Origin: Octopus bimaculoides
Lineage: Eukaryota
Direction: 5' to 3'
Length of the DNA: 56,100 nt
NCBI RefSeq assembly: GCF_001194135.2
Contig: NC_068991.1
Location: forward strand, 4,750,515-4,806,614
Shown here piece after piece: positions 53,733-56,100 of this stretch. How positions within the stretch are numbered: the stretch's first letter is position 1; each line of letters begins with the position of its first letter. Position numbers and translations under genes: made by a program. The notes beneath the pieces were generated by a model. That model made no database searches. It had not been told where the DNA came from and was given only the letters and a program-made list of their open reading frames with translations.

Positions 53733-55062
53733 AAATGTGTTTATTACACTGTCATTTTCATTATGCTCCATTGCTAATAAGTTACCCGCTCGGATTCCAA
53801 ACGCCTATAATTTACACGCGTACAGAGATGTATACGAATGAGTGAGGAAACGTAACGAAGTAGAATTCAACATATTTGCAATGATTCAGTTTTGTATTTA
53901 AGAACAGTTTTGACTGAACTCCGTTTAAGATTTTGTGGGTGTTTAAGTTATGTTCACCTCATCAGATGCTGGGAATTCAAGCGGAAGCTTTGACAGATAT
54001 ACAAACTGGTGTGCAGTTGTCAAGGTCTTTCATATCACTTAATGCTAAATCTATCGATGCAACACCAGCTATTTTCTCTATTTTTAGGTCCGCCTTTCCT
54101 GAGAAGATATTCGCAGGTTGTTAGTGCTACTCTGACAGGAGGCTGCTGCACAGAATATATCAGTCATATAAATTCCTTGTATTACGGATGAGATATTGTT
54201 GCAAGTTTCCAGCTCGATCATCTTTTGATTGACTATGAACACGGCGGCAGCAATCTTTACGTAGGAGTAACCAAACTTTATGGTTTTGTATTACAATTGA
54301 GACGGTAATAAGAACATGGCTGTGCTGCATTTTGGCAGCGTTTCTTCAACCCCTGCCGCAAAATATAACGAAAATATCGATGGTCATTTAAGTTCCATAA
54401 TCTTACTCTTTCTCTTTCACCATCCCGGTTGGTTTTCACACATATTATATTTTAGGTTTGGGTTTTCAAAGAAAAACTTTCAAGTACGTTTCAAATGTAA
54501 CTGATATTTCTTATGACCATGTAGAGAAATCTTCTGCATGATCGTAAGCAAGATATTTAGTGCGATGGAAGTAATTCGGACTGAGATTCGCGGATGATGC
54601 TATTTCGATTTAATGATCAGTTACTTTCCACTTTATTTTCCGTGTGTAGTGGTATTGTTTTAATGCAATCTCCAGAGGGAAGCGACGAATGATATTTGAC
54701 AGACGTCCTGTAACCACCTATATTCAAGGGATGTTACTCTATTTAGGAACTGGTTCACAATTATACATATTTTTGGAGCGGCCCCGCGTAATATGAAGCG
54801 TGATTCTTTTGTTTACCTGTAACTCATGAACCTTATTTTATCATTTCTTCTTTACAAATATCATTTCCTTTCTTCCGTCTAACAAAAACCATTGGTACAG
54901 TGGAAGACTGAAATTAGATCCTGGGCTGTTCACCTCTACAGCATTCAAGCATATATCAATGTCTTCCCTGCGGTATTTCTATGTGTTGATAGGAAATTGC
55001 ATTGGTTCGCCTTCGTGAATTTCTACAGAAGTTGATTACCCGCTCCAACACCACCCTCATGA

Positions 55063-55116
<54 letters not shown>

Positions 55117-55129
55117 CCACACACATCCT

Positions 55130-55437
55130 ATCGTCATCAGCTTCATTATCATGAACAGCAGCAGAATCACTATCATCATCATACCCCTCCTCACCCTCAT
55201 CATCATCCGCCACATCATCATTGTCATCATCATCATCAACATCATCATCATCATCATCATCATCATCATTGTCATCATCGTCCTCATCATCATCAACATC
55301 GTCACATTCACTAGCGGCAGAAGTCGCAGCATTGTCATCATCTTCATAATCACCAACGGCACAGCCACCAGCACCACCACCACCACCACCATCATCATCA
55401 TCATCTACATCATCATCTTCGTCATCATCGTCGTCAT

Positions 55438-55469
<32 letters not shown>

Positions 55470-55510
55470 GCATCACCATCATCACCGTCGTCATCATTTT
55501 TATCATCTAC
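55130..55510. repeat. Compound (CAT)n/(CAG)n/(CAC)n trinucleotide tract
   Basis: Read directly. Confidence 0.9.
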
Positions 55511-55675
55511 CGACAACGTGAAAACATAGATTACATTTCAATATCGTCATCGTTATCGAGAACGTGATGACAGCCACCTACATCCACCACCACATACGTT
55601 GCTCGCTCCGCATCCATCACCGCTATAAACCACGCCTATTACACCACAATAACAATCAGCATCACAACAGAACCG

Positions 55676-55850
55676 TTCCTTCTTCTTCTTCTTCTTCTTC
55701 TTCTTCTTCTTCTTCTTCTTCTTCTTCTCCTCCTTCTTCTTCTCCTCCTTCTTCTTCTTCTTCTTCTTCTTCTTCTTCTTCTTCTTCTTCTTCTTCTTCT
55801 TCTTCTTCTTCTTCTTCTTCTTCTTCTTCTTCTTCTTCTTCTTCTTCTTC
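55676..55850. repeat. Long (TTC)n polypyrimidine microsatellite with two CTC-CTC interruptions
   Basis: Read directly. Confidence 0.95.
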
Positions 55851-56100
55851 ATTTCGATCTGTACATTTTCTTCTTCGCCGCGCACACCAATATCGTTATT
55901 AACATATGTCAAAAATTATATATTTTATAATGATAAAAACAAGGTTATCGAAAGAGGAAATTGAATTTGGAGCGCCTGCTTTTTTTTTCTCGAAAAACGC
56001 AGACATAGCTACACAACATAGAAACATATACGCATGCACAGACACAGAAACAGATGCAAGCAAACACATGCATACATATATCAATATATATATATATATA

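Noticed and set aside
54956-55902. Asp-rich, poly-Ile, poly-Ser and poly-Lys ORFs
   Set aside because: They are reading frames of (CAT)n and (TTC)n microsatellites.

Overview
This is AT-rich eukaryotic genomic DNA from a short-read draft assembly, with 16 N-gaps, most of them flanked by (TA)n tracts. It is very dense in di-, tri- and tetranucleotide microsatellites and in three recurring tRNA-type SINE families. From memory of those repeats, the pattern fits an octopus (coleoid cephalopod) genome, but this is not verified by a search. I cannot identify any host protein-coding gene, and nearly all ORFs in the supplied track are microsatellite or N-gap artefacts. The best supported features are about a dozen copies or fragments of SINE family A, 2 of family B and 3 of family C (two copies keep target-site duplications), an internally deleted mariner that retains the transposase C-terminus, a 292-bp hAT-type MITE with an 8-bp TSD, an RTE-clade LINE 3' remnant, and a retroelement ORF1/gag-like remnant with a CCHC zinc knuckle. 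The most interesting unexplained structures are two near-perfect long inverted repeats (149-bp and about 66-bp arms) that lack TSDs and both carry a short arm-derived direct duplication at the loop. A SINE is also bracketed by an inverted copy of its own head. A few plus-strand candidate exons and a compact promoter-like motif cluster are reported at low confidence. I found no convincing new multi-gene system.
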